Origin: Phoronis australis
Taxonomy: Eukaryota > Animalia > Phoronida
NCBI GenBank assembly: GCA_002633005.1
Contig: NMRA01000405.1
Span: 22,702 to 86,701 of the forward strand
Length of the DNA: 64,000 bases
Reading direction: 5' to 3'
The position numbers were made by a program, and so were the translations under genes. This document shows positions 39,301-53,550 of this stretch, piece after piece (position 1 is the first letter of the stretch; the number at the start of each line of letters is the position of its first letter). Below the pieces are notes generated by a model. That model was not told the origin of the DNA. It was given only the letters and a program-made list of their open reading frames with translations, and searched no databases.

Positions 39301-42300
39301 AGACTCGAACCCACCTGAATCACACTAGGCCACACTGCCTCCTCAGTAAGACATTAACAACTTTTATGAAACTTAAGTGTCAGATTTATTTTTATGGCAA
39401 ATTGAGCATAGGTTATGTATTATTGAACAGATTCTAATTAAGAACTCATACTAAATGTTTTTGTCAATCGTTATCCCAAGGTTATAAGTCCTATGTGACA
39501 AACCAGCTGCTTGTTTTATTTAGATTATGGTGAAAGTGACCAACTTGGAGACAGAGCATGAGTGGATTTGGACCAAGAATAAGTTCATAAACAGGAAGTA
39601 CGTCATGCAAGAGATGTATGAAGACTACCAAGATGGCGACGACATCAGTCAGTTTCCTGCAGTAAGTTTGTGTGCACTTCAATGATATGTGGAAATGTTT
39701 TGCAGGTCATGTAAAGAAGCACTAAACGCAAGTGGCTGCATGGTGCTATGTAAAAGCTATGGTGCACTCCCTCCAGTGACTGTAGGATGGAAAGTCTCAA
39801 ATATGTTATCTGGCGTAAACATTTCCATGTGAACAAAATGCACACATCTTAATTGTAAATTGTGATAGTCAAACTTATTTTGATCCATACATTTCTTTAT
39901 TTATCATCACCATTTACTTACAGTTTTATGTGTCCTGTTCTGCTGTCCTCAGTAAGCTGTGTTCTGTGTTTTTAGTGTCTGCTAAGACGCGAGATAAGGT
40001 GTTGATTTTGTAAATCTATTGCTGATGGCAGATGTTACCCTGTATCTGGATGGGTTAAAAAATAAAAAATAATTGGATGGGTTGGGTATACAATGAATTT
40101 TGAGCCTTCAGTGTTGAGCCTTTCTAGTTTTCTTTAGGGTATCTAATGTAGCTCAGGAGACAAATATGTGCGATGTCTGTCACTTTTGAACTCGTTAATT
40201 GTGTTATTGTAGGATAAAGATCCATTCATTGAGGATGAGAGTGCAGAGGTTTATATAGGCAGTGTGAAGATCTGGCTACAGAGTCTGGCTTATATGGTAA
40301 GATGATTTAGATAGTGAAATGATAAGTGCAAAAAGTGGTTCTGTAAATCCATGGTCGTAATATGCTTGGAAACACAATGGACAGTTGCAAACCCTTGAAT
40401 GGTATGTGTATTGTAAGTAAACACAGACAGAGCAAAAGAGTGTGGTCTGGTGAGAGAGTGAATTAGTATGTTGAATGAAATGCAATTTGTGACCTGGTTA
40501 AGAGAGGTCTTCATTTCATCTGGTCTGTTTTAACAACAGATGCGTGAACGTCACTACCGTATATTTGACACTTTTATCCAATGTTCTGCCTAGATTGAGA
40601 GCAAAGAGCAGCTAGACATCACCAACATAACTGGGGAGGAGGCTGGTAAACTGAACTTTGAGATTGTACCGTGTAACAAGAAAGGTAAAGAGTATACAGA
40701 TGCAGACGACATCTGGGTGGAGAAACCACAGGATATGATCGGTAAACCACTCTACTTCCTGGTTAAGATTGTCAGTGCACGAGGGCTTCCCAACAAGTTC
40801 ACAGTAAGTAGTTGAATGTGCTTGGAGAGATTGGGATTGATACTGACCCATTCTGAACATACTATTGGTAATTTTTAGGCAAGATTCTTGCACCTCATCC
40901 ATGCATGCTTAATTTCACAAACAGCATCAGGCAGTCATAAACTATTAACGTTAGTTTGTGCTCAGTTCAGAAATCATATTGAATGCTGTTTTCTGTTAAC
41001 CACATGACAGGCCAGTCAGAATACAGGAACTCAATAACAGGCAAGAAAGTATGGCATTGCCTTTACATGGCAAAATCTTCTTGGCCCTTCCTCTTTGTAA
41101 AGCACGGTCGTGCTTTTGATTTTCATCAAGGCTTTAAGATATTAAAGTTGAAACTCTGATGATTCGCGGGAACCCTTGGCAGCAACTACTAAGAAAATTT
41201 CAATACCATATAAAACTTTCAGTTGTTTTCGCAATTGAAAGTTTTTCTTCAGAGTTATTGGTGTCCTGTATTTTTGCAAGTAACCTGATTTTAAATTTCT
41301 TGAAAATTATTGCTATAGGAAGGAGCTATAGCAGAAATTCTGTTTCAAAGTGTAGCTCAAGGAAGCATTAAAAATTCATCGACTAGAATATCAGTTCTGT
41401 TATAATTGCAAATTAACTCAACTGGTTCAATGACTCCTGTTCCATATTAAAATCACAATATACTCACGACCTTAGTATCTCTTTAGTAACATTCTGGCAA
41501 CTTATTCAATAAACTGTTGTCAACCACATTGCTTTTGGCACAAAAATTTGAACTTTACAGGCCACCTTTAATATCGATTCCAGTCTTTAGCAAGTTATTT
41601 TTAATCCTGGCAAAAACATTATCGTGTACTTTTCTAGTACGAAGTGCTGCATTAGATATATGGTGTTAAAAATGAAAATGGCGGAGAAATTTCTTGTGGG
41701 TTTAAATGTAAGCATTTACTCAAGTGTACATTTTAATTCTATCGTATTTGCCTGCAGGATGTCTATGCCAAGTACCTGTTTTACTTGGATGACCAATATG
41801 TGCAGACACCTGCTATGCCAGACACAGCCAACCCAGACTGGTGTCACCAGAAGCAGTTCTCATTTGATGTAGTTACTGATCAGGTATGGTTAGTCCATCA
41901 ACTTTACCAATTGATGAATATCTGCAGGTTGTAAATATCCAATGACAGAGATAAATAGAGACAGCCAGGTGATCGTAGTGCGTTCTACACTTTTGGAGTT
42001 TCCATGTTTTGGTTGTATTTTGGGGCTTTTCTGTTACACAAGATACTCCTAAAACGTGCATGGCAAGAAGTCTTCTTGTGGAATAGAAACACAGTGTTTT
42101 CTTCAATTTCAATACTCAGTGTTGTGACCAATCCCTGCAGTGGCAATAATTTTTTTGGAGTTAGGTAGCAAGGGTGCAAGTTTACTTGCTTATATATGCA
42201 CTCATATTTCACTCTCTTGATTCTGAGTGATCACGTCAAACTTGTTAGAAATTTGCTGTATGTAACGCACCCTGTACAAAGCATGGTTATTGCAGCTACA

Positions 42301-44714
42301 AAAGTTTGACATCATTTTTGTCTGCTACCCACAGCTGGTGAAATATCTAAATGAAAACGCCGTCATGGTGCAAATCTGGGGCAAGCAGAAGCCTCCTAAA
42401 GGCAAGAAAATGAGGAATACTAAAGCCTTACTGCAAAAGCAGTCCATGGCCAAGGGTCAGGTCAGCGCGGGCAACACCAATGTCAAGGTTAGTGATGGAG
42501 AGGTCATGACATGCGCTTATAGTGCCATTCATAGTGGACATCAGGGATTACACCTGGATTAGTTTCAGAAAAATACCAGATGCCATAGGTCATTCAAGAT
42601 TTTAATGTTTGATTCAATTAATACTTAATTCCAAAAAGAGACAGTCCAGTTGGACCTTTGTAAAACATCTGTTGTAACCAAAGTTTGCTGTAACTAAAGC
42701 AACTCATGCATTGTATAGTTGGGACTTGGGAAATATGAAACCTTGTCAATGAGGAAATGTTACTAGACAGATTCCTTGAAATGTAGTTTGAATAAATAGA
42801 CGGTCAAAGTACAAAAACAAAATATGCTGCCATTAATAATCAGAAGTCCATGGTACAGTAAAACTTTCTGAGAGCTCACAATGAGTTTAGAGAAGGACAA
42901 TTACGTAGAAAAATCCTCAGATTTTACAAAAACCTATGATAGGGTGTGGCAGTTTCTCATCAATATAGAGCACAATACAGGAGTCGGTCAGTATTGCAAC
43001 CGTGTGTACTTCATGAATATTGTACACGGATCACAGTAGACAGAATCCTTCCATATCAGGAACACTGATCTGGCTTCTTTTGTGTGGAACAGGGCAATTA
43101 TAGCATTTGCGATTACTAGATTTAACTATTGGACCGAGACAGGTGATTTTTTTATCTGTTTGACTTCTGAATTTCGTATGAAAAGTTATGTTGGAATCTT
43201 TTTTTTCTTCAAAGAAATATAATGAGCATTAGCCAAGAACAATTTCGTTAAAAACCTTTGATATCCATTGATGAAAGTAGTTCCACTGGGCTTTGGTAAC
43301 CAGGGTACATAATTGGTTTACGACTTAATTGGGAACACTAACAAAAGATCGCCAGAATGTTTCACAATAGACTAGGTTGTGGAAATCACATTTGTCTGGA
43401 GTTGAAATTTTACAGGGGACATTTTTAATGTCTCATCAAAAATAGCGATGAAAATTGTTATTATTCCATTATGAGCTTGTTTTGTTCTGTACCACAGATG
43501 AAAACTAAACCATTCCTTGCAAGTTTGACTATAGTCTGCCTTTGTCATCTCCTGTAACATGTACCAAACAACCGACTTATTTCAGACCGTTGATCCATCC
43601 AAAGTCAAGTTTATGATGCAGAACAAGATGATGGAGAAGAAGTTAGAGAGACTGGAACAAAGAATGGTAAACTTTTGAGATAAGCAAACACAATACGTGT
43701 GTGAAACAACAGGTTACTCACGGGCCTTCAGCTGAACATGACAATCCACTTACTCAGATTGACGTATCCATTATATACTAGATCAAGGGTAAGATGACCA
43801 CTACTATGTCTGATTGGATTTTTGTATTTGACCGGGAGAGCTGGGGAGCAGTTGTGAAAGACCTTTTCGACAAGTGCGAGAATTTAGCCCAATATGAACA
43901 GAAATATAGAATTTAACTCGATAAATGTCATGGAAAACCTGCCTGATGTCTTGGAACATGTGCAGTAGCAGATTAGTCTTCATGATGTCAACGGTAGTGG
44001 GACAAAAACAAAACTCAAGTTGCTTCTTAATTATTTCACAAAAAGTCCATTAGAGCTGGGTACAGCTTATGGGAGACTGATGACGTAATGTTATAATTGC
44101 AGACATGGATGGGACAGTTGGTCAAGGCTGCGGAGAAGCACAAGAAAAGGAGAGTAGCCGTTAGTACAGTAAGGGGAGTGTTGGATGCTCCTTCCTCTGA
44201 GGTGGTCAACAAGTACCTGTCCAAAGTACCCAAGGAGAGGGATGCTGGTAGTTATTTTTAGCTTTAACATACTCTAACTGGCTACTCTTGGGGTTATCGA
44301 TAACTCCGTACAAACTATAAGAAATGTCATCTATCCAGAACTGCGCATTTTTTTTGCTGCAAAAATAACACGCATACGGACACAAAATTAAGCTACAAAG
44401 TCAATGCATGATTAATTAGACTGGTCTGTTGCATTTGTACAAGTCATCAATCCCCATATAAACGGGCATTACAGAATTCTCAGTTCGTGAAAGATAATTT
44501 AGTACGACTGTTTATTACAGTAGTGACTGTTTTCATGTAAGCATTACTCATTAGTGCAGCAATGCTCATTCTTTCAACTTGAATGAGGTGTTTTAAGTAG
44601 ATTTTCAATGTAATGTTTCATTAACGCATGTTAACCTCCATTGCAGACGACAGTGATTCCAGTGATGATGAGGGTGGCCATGACAATGGCTCAAAGACAT
44701 GCACTGTCAGTTAG
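24325..44714 (+). CDS. KIF28: Kinesin-3 family motor, KIF28/KLP-6-like (motor, coiled coil, FHA, KIF1-type stalk, C2-like region, CaaX tail); 23 exons, 2985 nt, 994 aa
   Basis: Exons 24325-24372, 26322-26531, 27109-27241, 27746-27934, 29087-29198, 30964-31071, 31640-31770, 32885-32955, 33285-33345, 34140-34322, 35291-35418, 35901-36070, 36944-37075, 37400-37554, 38113-38261, 39524-39661, 40213-40296, 40594-40803, 41758-41883, 42335-42487, 43586-43666, 44103-44247, 44647-44714; all phases are consistent. Motifs [73 protein letters not shown]. The subfamily assignment comes from recalled family features, not from a search. Confidence 0.92.
24373..26321 (+). other. U12-type (minor spliceosome) AT-AC intron, intron 1 of the kinesin gene
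   Basis: 5' site ATATCCTTT at 24373, branch site TTCCTTAAC at 26304-26312, terminal AC at 26320-26321. Splicing restores VRVRPF|NGRE in frame. Confidence 0.93.
24768..24911. mobile_element. Tandem dimer of the same mini-MITE, opposite orientation, inside kinesin intron 1
   Basis: CATGGACGGCGCA...TGCGCCGCCCATG; a reverse-complement relative of 22785-22925. Confidence 0.6.
34340..35000 (+). repeat. Purine-rich (G/A) low-complexity tract in kinesin intron 10
   Basis: Strong G+A skew with very few C over about 650 bp. Confidence 0.7.
38321..38613. repeat. Long imperfect inverted repeat (foldback MITE-like) in kinesin intron 15
   Basis: Arms at ~38321-38433 and ~38502-38613 are reverse complements with few mismatches. 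Confidence 0.85.
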
Positions 44715-46941
44715 ACAGTGTTGTCACCTGAAAATATGACAGCAACAGTGCCGTGGTGGAGCAGATGAAGCCAAGGCGCATATACTGTCGTCACATGTGG
44801 GGTTTACCCTGTTGCTTGGTAACAGTAACTAGGGACGAGCTAGATATTGACAAGTATGCACCAGCCTCTCATTTAATGACATCTCTACTTATCCATGGTT
44901 ACTTTGTACTGCAAAAAGAGCTTTAAGATGTGGTTCCGGTCTGTAGTCGTTTTAAATTTGATGTAGTGTTTTTGGTCATTTTTTCAAAAACAAAAATTCT
45001 CAAACCTGGTATCGGCTGTAAGTGGTGCGACAATGCCTTTTTGCTGCAAAAAATCACCTGATATTGGCTAAGTGGTGTGAAGTTCTTCTTTGTACAAAAC
45101 TCAAGTAGTGATGCACACCTTCAAAAATGATGTAGGCACAGACCAGAACAAAAGATTTTTTGGCTCATCACATATTTAAACAATATGGTGAAATCATGCA
45201 TTTTTGTTTTTGCGAGATTTCTCGACAGACATGAACATTAGTATTGTTTTCTTTCTTATACATTGTGCAATTATTATAAAATAACACATCGATTTTTATA
45301 AATAGCACTGCAGTCTTCCTTTTGAAAAAATTCAATCTTGGCAATTTGTGTGATGAACCGATTCAGAAGAATTGTTGCATGTATACTCGGCACATTTGCA
45401 GTACTGAAGGTTTAATTTGTTAACAAATATTTGGCAAGCATTCCCAGATTCAAACATTCTTCAGATTTCATCCAGTACCTAGAATTTCTGGAACATACCC
45501 GCATATTTGGCCATGGTGAAACTGTGCCCTTGACTATAATTGTTATTGTTCAATTTTTGCCAGACGGATACTGTAAAAATACTACGTGAACAACGATACT
45601 GCAGTTGTGTATTTCACCACAAAATTTAGAATCTTGATTGTTTCTGAAGTTGTCATAAGTCAATGCTGACTTGCATAATATTTGCAATGCGTCTCTGTTA
45701 ACAGTTTCACATAATATATATCTGCTTTGGAACAAAAAATGAGCACACCCTGCAAAGCTATATCAAACAAGCCAGTAACATGACTACAGTCGCAGTTTAC
45801 CACAAGAATGTAATCAAGTAACTTTCCTACTCGTTCACCACATTGGCTACATATATATAGTGCAATTTATGTAGTGTAGACAATCTCTTAGCACCATTAG
45901 GCGAATCTTACGTAAACAGGATATGCACGCAAGTGGATGAGAAAGCATGCACTATTTACCCCTGAGTAGCTAGCGAATTTGTCAGCACGTCAAAAACTTG
46001 ATGCCCCATCAGGGATTGGAGTGAGCTAGTTGCTGTTCATGGGCTTGGCTGAAATTGTATGATAACTGTTGTCGTAAACCAATGCACCTGTTTAGCGTAC
46101 CAGTTTCAATGTAAAAAACAGCAATAAGTAAGGCTAACAACCAAAATGACTAAATTGAAAAGTTAATTGTAGCTGTCTTTGAATTTTTAAACTTGATACA
46201 TTATAAGACAAATTAGCGAATATATTTTCTTCAGCATCATGGATAAGCCACCAGCATTAATTAGTGAATCTATTAGTATGGGTTAGCCACAATCTGGCTT
46301 GAACTCACTTGGGGGTTGGGGTAACAAAACCCCAAATGTTAGCGGAGGAGTAGCCTTGTGCAGATTCTTATATCAAAACAAGTCTAGATTAAGCACATAC
46401 ACTGATATTCCATTCCTGTATTGTGTGATACTGAACATCAAAAGCCTGGCCATCCAGGCCCAAACCATAATCTGAGCCTTTTTTCACAAGGGTTGATGAA
46501 GGTGTATTATGTTGGGAGTACTGTTTTTTGTTATTAATTGTATGTTATTTGATGTCTAACAGGTGTTTTGATCAACTAACAAATTTTATATATTTTGCAC
46601 GGTTTAGTAAGTTATTTTTGTAATTATAATCTTTGCACGATTTTTGCTCACTTATTCATTTTGAAAGTTTATATCAGTTTTGTGCATTTTTGATACTTAT
46701 CAACCTTCTATTCCATCACATAGTTTTAAAGCGAATACAAGCCATTCAGATGTTGTGAGATGTACTTACTCCCTTTAAATTGTTGGTGATTGTGTAATTG
46801 TGAGTAAATACAGAAATCTATTTTGTTAAAAACTTAATTTAATACAAAGATAATAATGTAAAATACATTTAAAGTACAAATTAATGCCCAAACTATCAAT
46901 GCCTTTGTGTTATTCAATGCTTTATGTAAATTGAAACAGCA

Positions 46942-47249
46942 CTAGTGTGCACACGAACACTTCAGCTCATGCGCTTGCAGACTGAACTTTCGACGAAACG
47001 GCATATTACAAAAACGACACTTGAATGGACTAAACGACAAGTCGACATGTACAGCCTGATGCTGGAGCAGATACTTCTTCTTTGTGAAGCCCTTTGTACA
47101 AATGGCGCAGACGAATAGCTTGTCGTTAGCGACAGGATGTGCGGATGCGGTGTGCCACACAAGTGAAGCATTGGAGTCAAACTGCTTCCCGCATGTGTTA
47201 CAGATGGTTCCAGTAATATCAGTTCCAACAGCCAGTTGGGAAACATTTC
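46942..47249 (-). CDS. Terminal C2H2 zinc-finger exon A (3 fingers, last C2HC)
   Basis: Acceptor TACTTTTGTAG|, phase 1. Reads ..CNTCGKQFDSNASLVWHTASAH..CAICTKGFTKKKYLLQHQAVH..CRFCNMPFRRKFSLQAHELKC..; stop TAG at 46942-46944. Confidence 0.85.
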
Positions 47250-49613
47250 CTACAAAAGTATGAACATTACCACAATCTACTGTTTGTCAACAAGAGATAA
47301 TCCTGAGCAGTTTTGATACAACAAACACTTTCGTTACATTTATGAACATCCTGAAGATGAACCAACGATCAGAAGCAAACAATTTTTTAAGCCGCTACGC
47401 TTTGTTTGCTATTGTTAACGCAATAGAAGTCTTGTTTGTCTAGTGTTAACGCAATAGAAGTCTTGTTTGTCTAGTGTCAGGGGAGTTCAACTAAGGTATT
47501 CGGGCCTTTCACCGAGAAACTCACTAAATAATGATTGATGTTTATTTAATATTGAAAACCTTTACGCAGACAACAAAAAGTGTATGAAGGTTACCATGTC
47601 AACTTTTCGAGACATGATCCAGTTGCAGGGTAACATCCAACGTGAAACAGTTCTGAAACAAGTCTTGTCCATGAATGAAAATTGTCACACTACAACTGAA
47701 TGCACGAATTGGCAAAATGCGTTTTTCTTTAGACTTAAAAAAGTCAATAAACCTGCATTCCCTTGAAGAAGCTAACTTTTAATTTTGACCACTTACTAAT
47801 GAATTAGTCTAGTCTTCTTCCTTCTCAAGTGCAATGGATTGACAGTTTGTTACTGCTTCACACAATGCTCCACAAGTTAAGTTGTTCCAGCATGTCATTT
47901 TATTAACCCAAGTATAGTCTCGAACAATAACGAACTGTTCATCCTGTCCGTGCACAAAAATCGCCTCTTTTGACCAAGGAACAACTTGAGACAAATTTCA
48001 TAAGCATCCAAGTCAAAACTTGGTTTGTGTGACACAATGCACGTTAACTTTATAATTGCTTTACTGATGACTTCATGAGATTCCTAGAGTACCTGCACTT
48101 TTTGCTCATATTTCATGAAGGCTATTTTTGCCATTATCCACATGTTCCAAGTGGGGAACCATGGAATATCAAGTTGGTCACTGGGAAATGTCATTTTACC
48201 AGCAAATTCAGAAAAAAGACCCTTCAAAGGCATCGCAAATACAACCAAACTTTTTTGAAAACAAGATCATGTGTAGAATTTTCAATGAACAGGTTTACCT
48301 GGTTTCCCAAATAGGACTAAGATACAAAAACGAGGCTTTTGGGAGAGACAGAATGTGTTTATTTCCACAGGTGCATGCACTATTTTAACAAATCTACAAC
48401 TAAATTCAAATTTTGATCTAATACATTGAATCCGATGGGTAAACAAGGTGTATTTTGATATGTAAGAATACTTTGGTACACATTATCCATCAAGAAACCA
48501 TTTCACTAAAACGATGAACCTCTATATGCTTTCACACAAGAGTCCAAGTCTTACAACAAAATTTATAACTGGTTGTAAGTCTGCAGGTGTCTTAAAGTTA
48601 TGACATGTTAGTGGAACAGCTCCGGCGTTACATCATGGACATTTGGAATACCAAAATAGACACAAAAGTGGTGTTGCATTTTCCGAATGGGGATGGGGCT
48701 TAATTACTATCAGAAATTACAGGTACCAGTAAAACTAGGACTGCTACATCAACATCTTGCTCAGAAAAACATGCAATCTATCAAATTCACATGAAATAAC
48801 ATAAAAACATCAAACGTCTGGCGCTTAACAATTATTTTCTTAACTAAGTGACGAACATGATTTACAGTAAAGTGTATAAACAAAAGTAAATCAACAGATC
48901 ATTTTTGCAGAACTCCTGTTTCTCAATACCGGATCCAGAGCATGCCAAAAATAAGAGAAAATTTCGTTTCCCCATCATGACGTGTCTTATTTCGACATTC
49001 CAACTACTATTCACTTACAATCAGCTATCACAATTGGGAATTTTACTTTTGGAAATAAGTCATCGTAATAGAGATTTAGGGTAATTTTGGCTGATTACTA
49101 TGGACATGCAGTGTATACTGGAAACTCTAATGACAATCAACCCCAATGATGCACCTTATAGAACTTCATTATGCCACAACTTCACCTGTTCAAGAGGTCA
49201 CCAATTCAGTAACAAGTTTCAATCGACACTAAACCTGTGCTTTCAGTCAAAAAGTGTTTAGTCCACATAACATTGTAAAATTCGTCTCGTCATGTTTTTC
49301 ACTCAGTTCAGAAGTGATCTCTGGGATCGGGAGGTACTGACAGTCCTTCCTTTGCCTGGAAATCATTCCCGAGTAAGGAATGACTTGAGACCCCTTTTAC
49401 AACAGTAAGTGACCTAAATCAAGAATTATAACTTTGACCAAAACCACCAGTTTACTGCTGCTTTAACAATCAGCAAATCAACTGAACATTCCTTAAGATT
49501 TAAGCCCAAAATGGTTATTTCAAATTTCAATGAAAACTTCCTCAGCAAAAGTGGGACACCAGAGCTTTCCAACTGATCGGCTGTAGAAAATTGCATTTTC
49601 TTCACAGACTTCA

Positions 49614-49993
49614 TTACATAATTTGACTTGGCTCTAGCTCTCCCTTCCTCGTGTGCTGTAGTTCATGCCTTGTCAAATGATGGCGCCGCCGAAACTGTTT
49701 GTTACAAAAGCGGCAAAAGTGTGGACACAAGTTCTTAGACACGTGACTAATTTGGTGCTGTTTGAGGGCAGATTTAGATGGAAACGCTTTCTCACAGATC
49801 GGGCAGATGAACTTAACGACAGGCACTTGATGCGACTGCATGTGTAGTGCTAAGTCAAAGGCTGTCTGGCAGTGTTTACCACAGTGGGTACATGTGTTAT
49901 CAGCAGGCATCACGGCAGGCACTTTTAATGGATCAGCATCTACATTCAACCTTCTTGGCAGCAGTGATGGTGATACACTTGTAGCCTGAATAG
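49614..49993 (-). CDS. Terminal C2H2 zinc-finger exon B (3 fingers)
   Basis: Acceptor TTTCTCTTCACGTTTACAG|, phase 1. Fingers CTHCGKHC..HMQSH, CPICEKAF..HQISH, CRFCNKQF..HELQH; stop TAA at 49614-49616. Confidence 0.85.
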
Positions 49994-52655
49994 CTGTAAA
50001 CGTGAAGAGAAATTATCAGAGTGACATGTTGGCCAACCACCATTCCACTCCATGCAATTGTTCAGTGGGTGATAGGGTATAAGGCTTGGACTTTCCTACA
50101 TGCACACATGCACAAAACCTGCTTCAACGAGATCACGGGTGGCAACTGAGCCCTTATCACAAACAGCAGAACATTTCTTACTGCGACAGGATTCCATTCC
50201 CATTTCCAACAAGAACATTGAAACTATCAAGTCAAGAAAACGCTTCTGTTTATTAGGGTTTGCCAACCCAAAAATTACGCACTGCTCACGATTTAAGTTA
50301 ATAACCATGTAACCACAATGAAAATGAGATTTTATGAGAATAAAAGGTCCACTTTGATTTTCTTTTATTAGCAAGCTACTCTCTACAAAACAATAAACCA
50401 TGCACTAACAATCCTTACTACGATGCTTGAACAAAAACACCAATTAAGGACAAAACAGCAGAGAACTAAATTATGGCAAGAGGAGCAGTCGTAGCTTGAA
50501 ATCTTTTAATATTTCTCCCATCACGAATAACTTAACACCCCGAACTGAAATAATGCAAGTCATTTTGCTAAAACATGCAAATCATGGTTGGCTTTGGGTT
50601 AGAGTTGTTAACTTTACACGTTACTGCCCAAGAGTATCAGAATGGTATTTGACATATCCATTCACATTCTCTAATACAAAAAATTTAACACACAGGATAT
50701 GCACAGAACTGTATTTCATCTAATCCTTCTATGTGCAAAGCTCTACCTATATCAGGACTTAAGACGCATGTACCTATATCATGGGAAACACTTGAGTTGT
50801 GTCCATGAGTAAAAAACTAAGGAGCAAAATTTCAAAGATACCCCATGAGCGAAGATTGACATATCCGTTACATAATAGCTGTTGTTTTGTATTCAATTAA
50901 AACATCAAAGTGGCTATAAATCCGCATTCCATCCAAAGGCAAAGTTTAGGTTTAGAACACTTACTCTTATATTGTTCTGAACTTGTTCCTCACTCAGATG
51001 AGAAATGACTTCGAAGTCATGAAATTATCTCCAATTTGACTAAAAAACAATTTGAGAACAATTTCAATGCATTATTGAGTAGTCTAAATTAATCTGATTT
51101 TAGTGGTGGAAAGCAGGGTTTATAGCCACTTAAACTCATTAAATGAAAAGTACCACAACTGGACGCAAGACATCACAAAACCACCCAGTTTAACACAGGC
51201 AGGTAAGTGAAAAAAAATGCATTACAGTAAAGCTTAAGTCAGGACTTTTGCTCATCTTTTACTGTTTAGTATTTCTGATATGGGTGCATTGTCTACAATT
51301 ACAAGCAGTTGCCATGGCGTGCTCATAACAAGAAGCCACCAGTGTGAAGCCATCAGCGTAAAGCCGTTCAGTAGGAAAATGACACAGCTATTGAATCGCA
51401 AAATTGACTGAGCCCACATTTGAGATGTACTTCACTTTTTGTCACGTTCAGTTTGCATTGAGAGCAGGTAGAATACAGTTGCGTATGAGCCTTTCAATAC
51501 AACTGGTGTATACAACACAAGAAAATTAAGCACGACTGAATGGATCATCTGAAACTGAAATTAGATTTTGCTGAGCACAATTTTGGGAAATGTCTCACTT
51601 ATGCTTTTTCAAGTTCAACAGTAACACTGGAGCAAGAGCATTTATAACAGTGGTATTTTTGTATTAGAACCTACTGTGTTGTACTAAGCTGCAATAGTGT
51701 TCAATTTTAACTGCAATCAGTTTAAAAAAACTGGCTAAGAGCACTAATTGGCTGGTTAGCCTAACACTAAGAGACAACATCAAATTTCCATGCAACAATT
51801 TTTATTCAATATTGAAAGAGGCATTTTCAGGCATCTCACTGTTTAATGTTTTACCCGCAATCTGTTGAACAGGGTTTTCGATTCATTTACATTTTACATC
51901 TGAGCCTCAACATTATGAAGAGTTGGAACTCAGTCAAGACACAAAGCTATTTTGCATGTTTATCATTAACAAAAACCTGCATTGATGTAAAGTAACAATG
52001 AAAAAACTGAACATGCTGAAGCAGTATAAATTGATGTGTATCTACTCACAATGAAATTCAAATGTTTGGTCAAAACCTACCAAAAATAAAAATCCTATGA
52101 AAACACTTGGCAAAATTCACTACTTACAATACCTGTCCAGGCTAACTCCTATAAACTGAACTATTAGAAGGTGAAAGAAAGGTATGACATGGGCTTGAGT
52201 TTACTTTTTAAAGAAATTGACGGCTTCCAATTAATGACGAAGGTGTTGTATTGATGGCAATAAACTAAACATACTAGAACATTGCTTAAATATTTAGACA
52301 ATGGATGGTAAGGAAATTATCAACTGAATGGGTTTTGGTAGTTGCTATTCTCTTTAAATGGCAGTCGTATTAAGCACCTAGAATTCAGGAGTTCATACAT
52401 TGCTAATCAGAAGCCTCAGATATTTAACTGAATATGGGCATTAACCTAGACGAGTAAGGTATAAAAAGGTAGTGCAGGAAACAAAAAGTAGCCCAATTAT
52501 GGTGATGAGTACGACCAGGAATACAACCACAATGTCGATGAAGTTCATCTTGCCAAGTAAAATTTTACCATCACAGGCACAGACATACACATATATAAAG
52601 ACTTCTGAACAGCACCATTACCATCAACATGTAGAGTACACATACTCATTCATCC

Positions 52656-53176
52656 TTAAGGTAAACTACTTCTTCCAGTGTTTTGTAAATCTTGCCTTCC
52701 AGAAGAGCAGTATAGTTCATGTCGCTTTAAAGTGTCTGACCTTCTAAACTCTTTTGCACACATACAACATGCTAGCTGATACGGCCTGCAATGACGCTGG
52801 ACATGCCTATTTAGTGACTTTGGGTGATTGGTTGAAAAGTCACACAAGTTGCATTTAAGGTGTTTTCCTCCATGAGTGAGTTGATGCTCCTTTAAATGCT
52901 GCGGTCTACAAAAAACTTTGTCACACTTCTCACAGTTAAACTTTTTGTCGTGAATGACTTTATGCTTGTTAAGATAAGATTTGCTCTTAAATGAAGCTTG
53001 GCAAATATCACAGATAAACACAACATCTTGGTGTAGTTCTTCATGGATCAACTTCCCAACCTTGGTGCTGATGCCTTTGTTGCAAGTGGAACACCTGAAC
53101 GGATACTCAAGGGAGTGATGCTGCTGGTGTCTCTTCAGGGACGTTTTAGTGTAGAAGTTACTGCCACACCAACAAC
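52656..53176 (-). CDS. Terminal C2H2 zinc-finger exon C2 (6 fingers, last C2HC)
   Basis: Acceptor TTGCATTATCCAG|, phase 1, with an in-frame TAA just upstream in the intron. Six fingers run from CWCGSNF..HQQHH to CCMCAKEFRRSDTLKRHELYC; stop TAA at 52656-52658. Confidence 0.85.
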
Positions 53177-53550
53177 CTGGATAATGCAATTAATATTCAT
53201 CAATACAAATTCTCTAAAGAATCCAAGTCTGGTGATCAGCTCAAGTCATGGACCAGTGGAGACAAGCTACCAAACTGGTAATGTCCCCCATTCAAAGGTA
53301 ATTAGTCAGATAGAAAAGTGATGTTCAACAGAAGCCAGTAACAAGATCCAGACCTTTTCTCCAAGCTAATTAACTGTCAGGCCAGACGCAAACACTTTTT
53401 ATCACAGAAATGGATATAAGTTACAATGTTACTTAAACCACTGAAAACAAGGAGCAGTTCCGTGAGGTGTAATCTCACATAAATGTATCCTGACATAACT
53501 GTGCAGATAAGCAATGTTATGAATTGTTTGGGTTTATGTTAGGCAGCATC

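Noticed and set aside
47413-47477. 31-bp tandem duplication (similar small ones at ~26600 and ~32580)
   Set aside because: Ordinary local slippage duplications in non-coding DNA.
50108-50173. CSAVCDKGSVATRDLVEAGFVH as a decayed fifth zinc-finger cassette
   Set aside because: It lacks the conserved Phe and first His, is a single unit, and has no convincing phase-1 acceptor; chance resemblance is likely.
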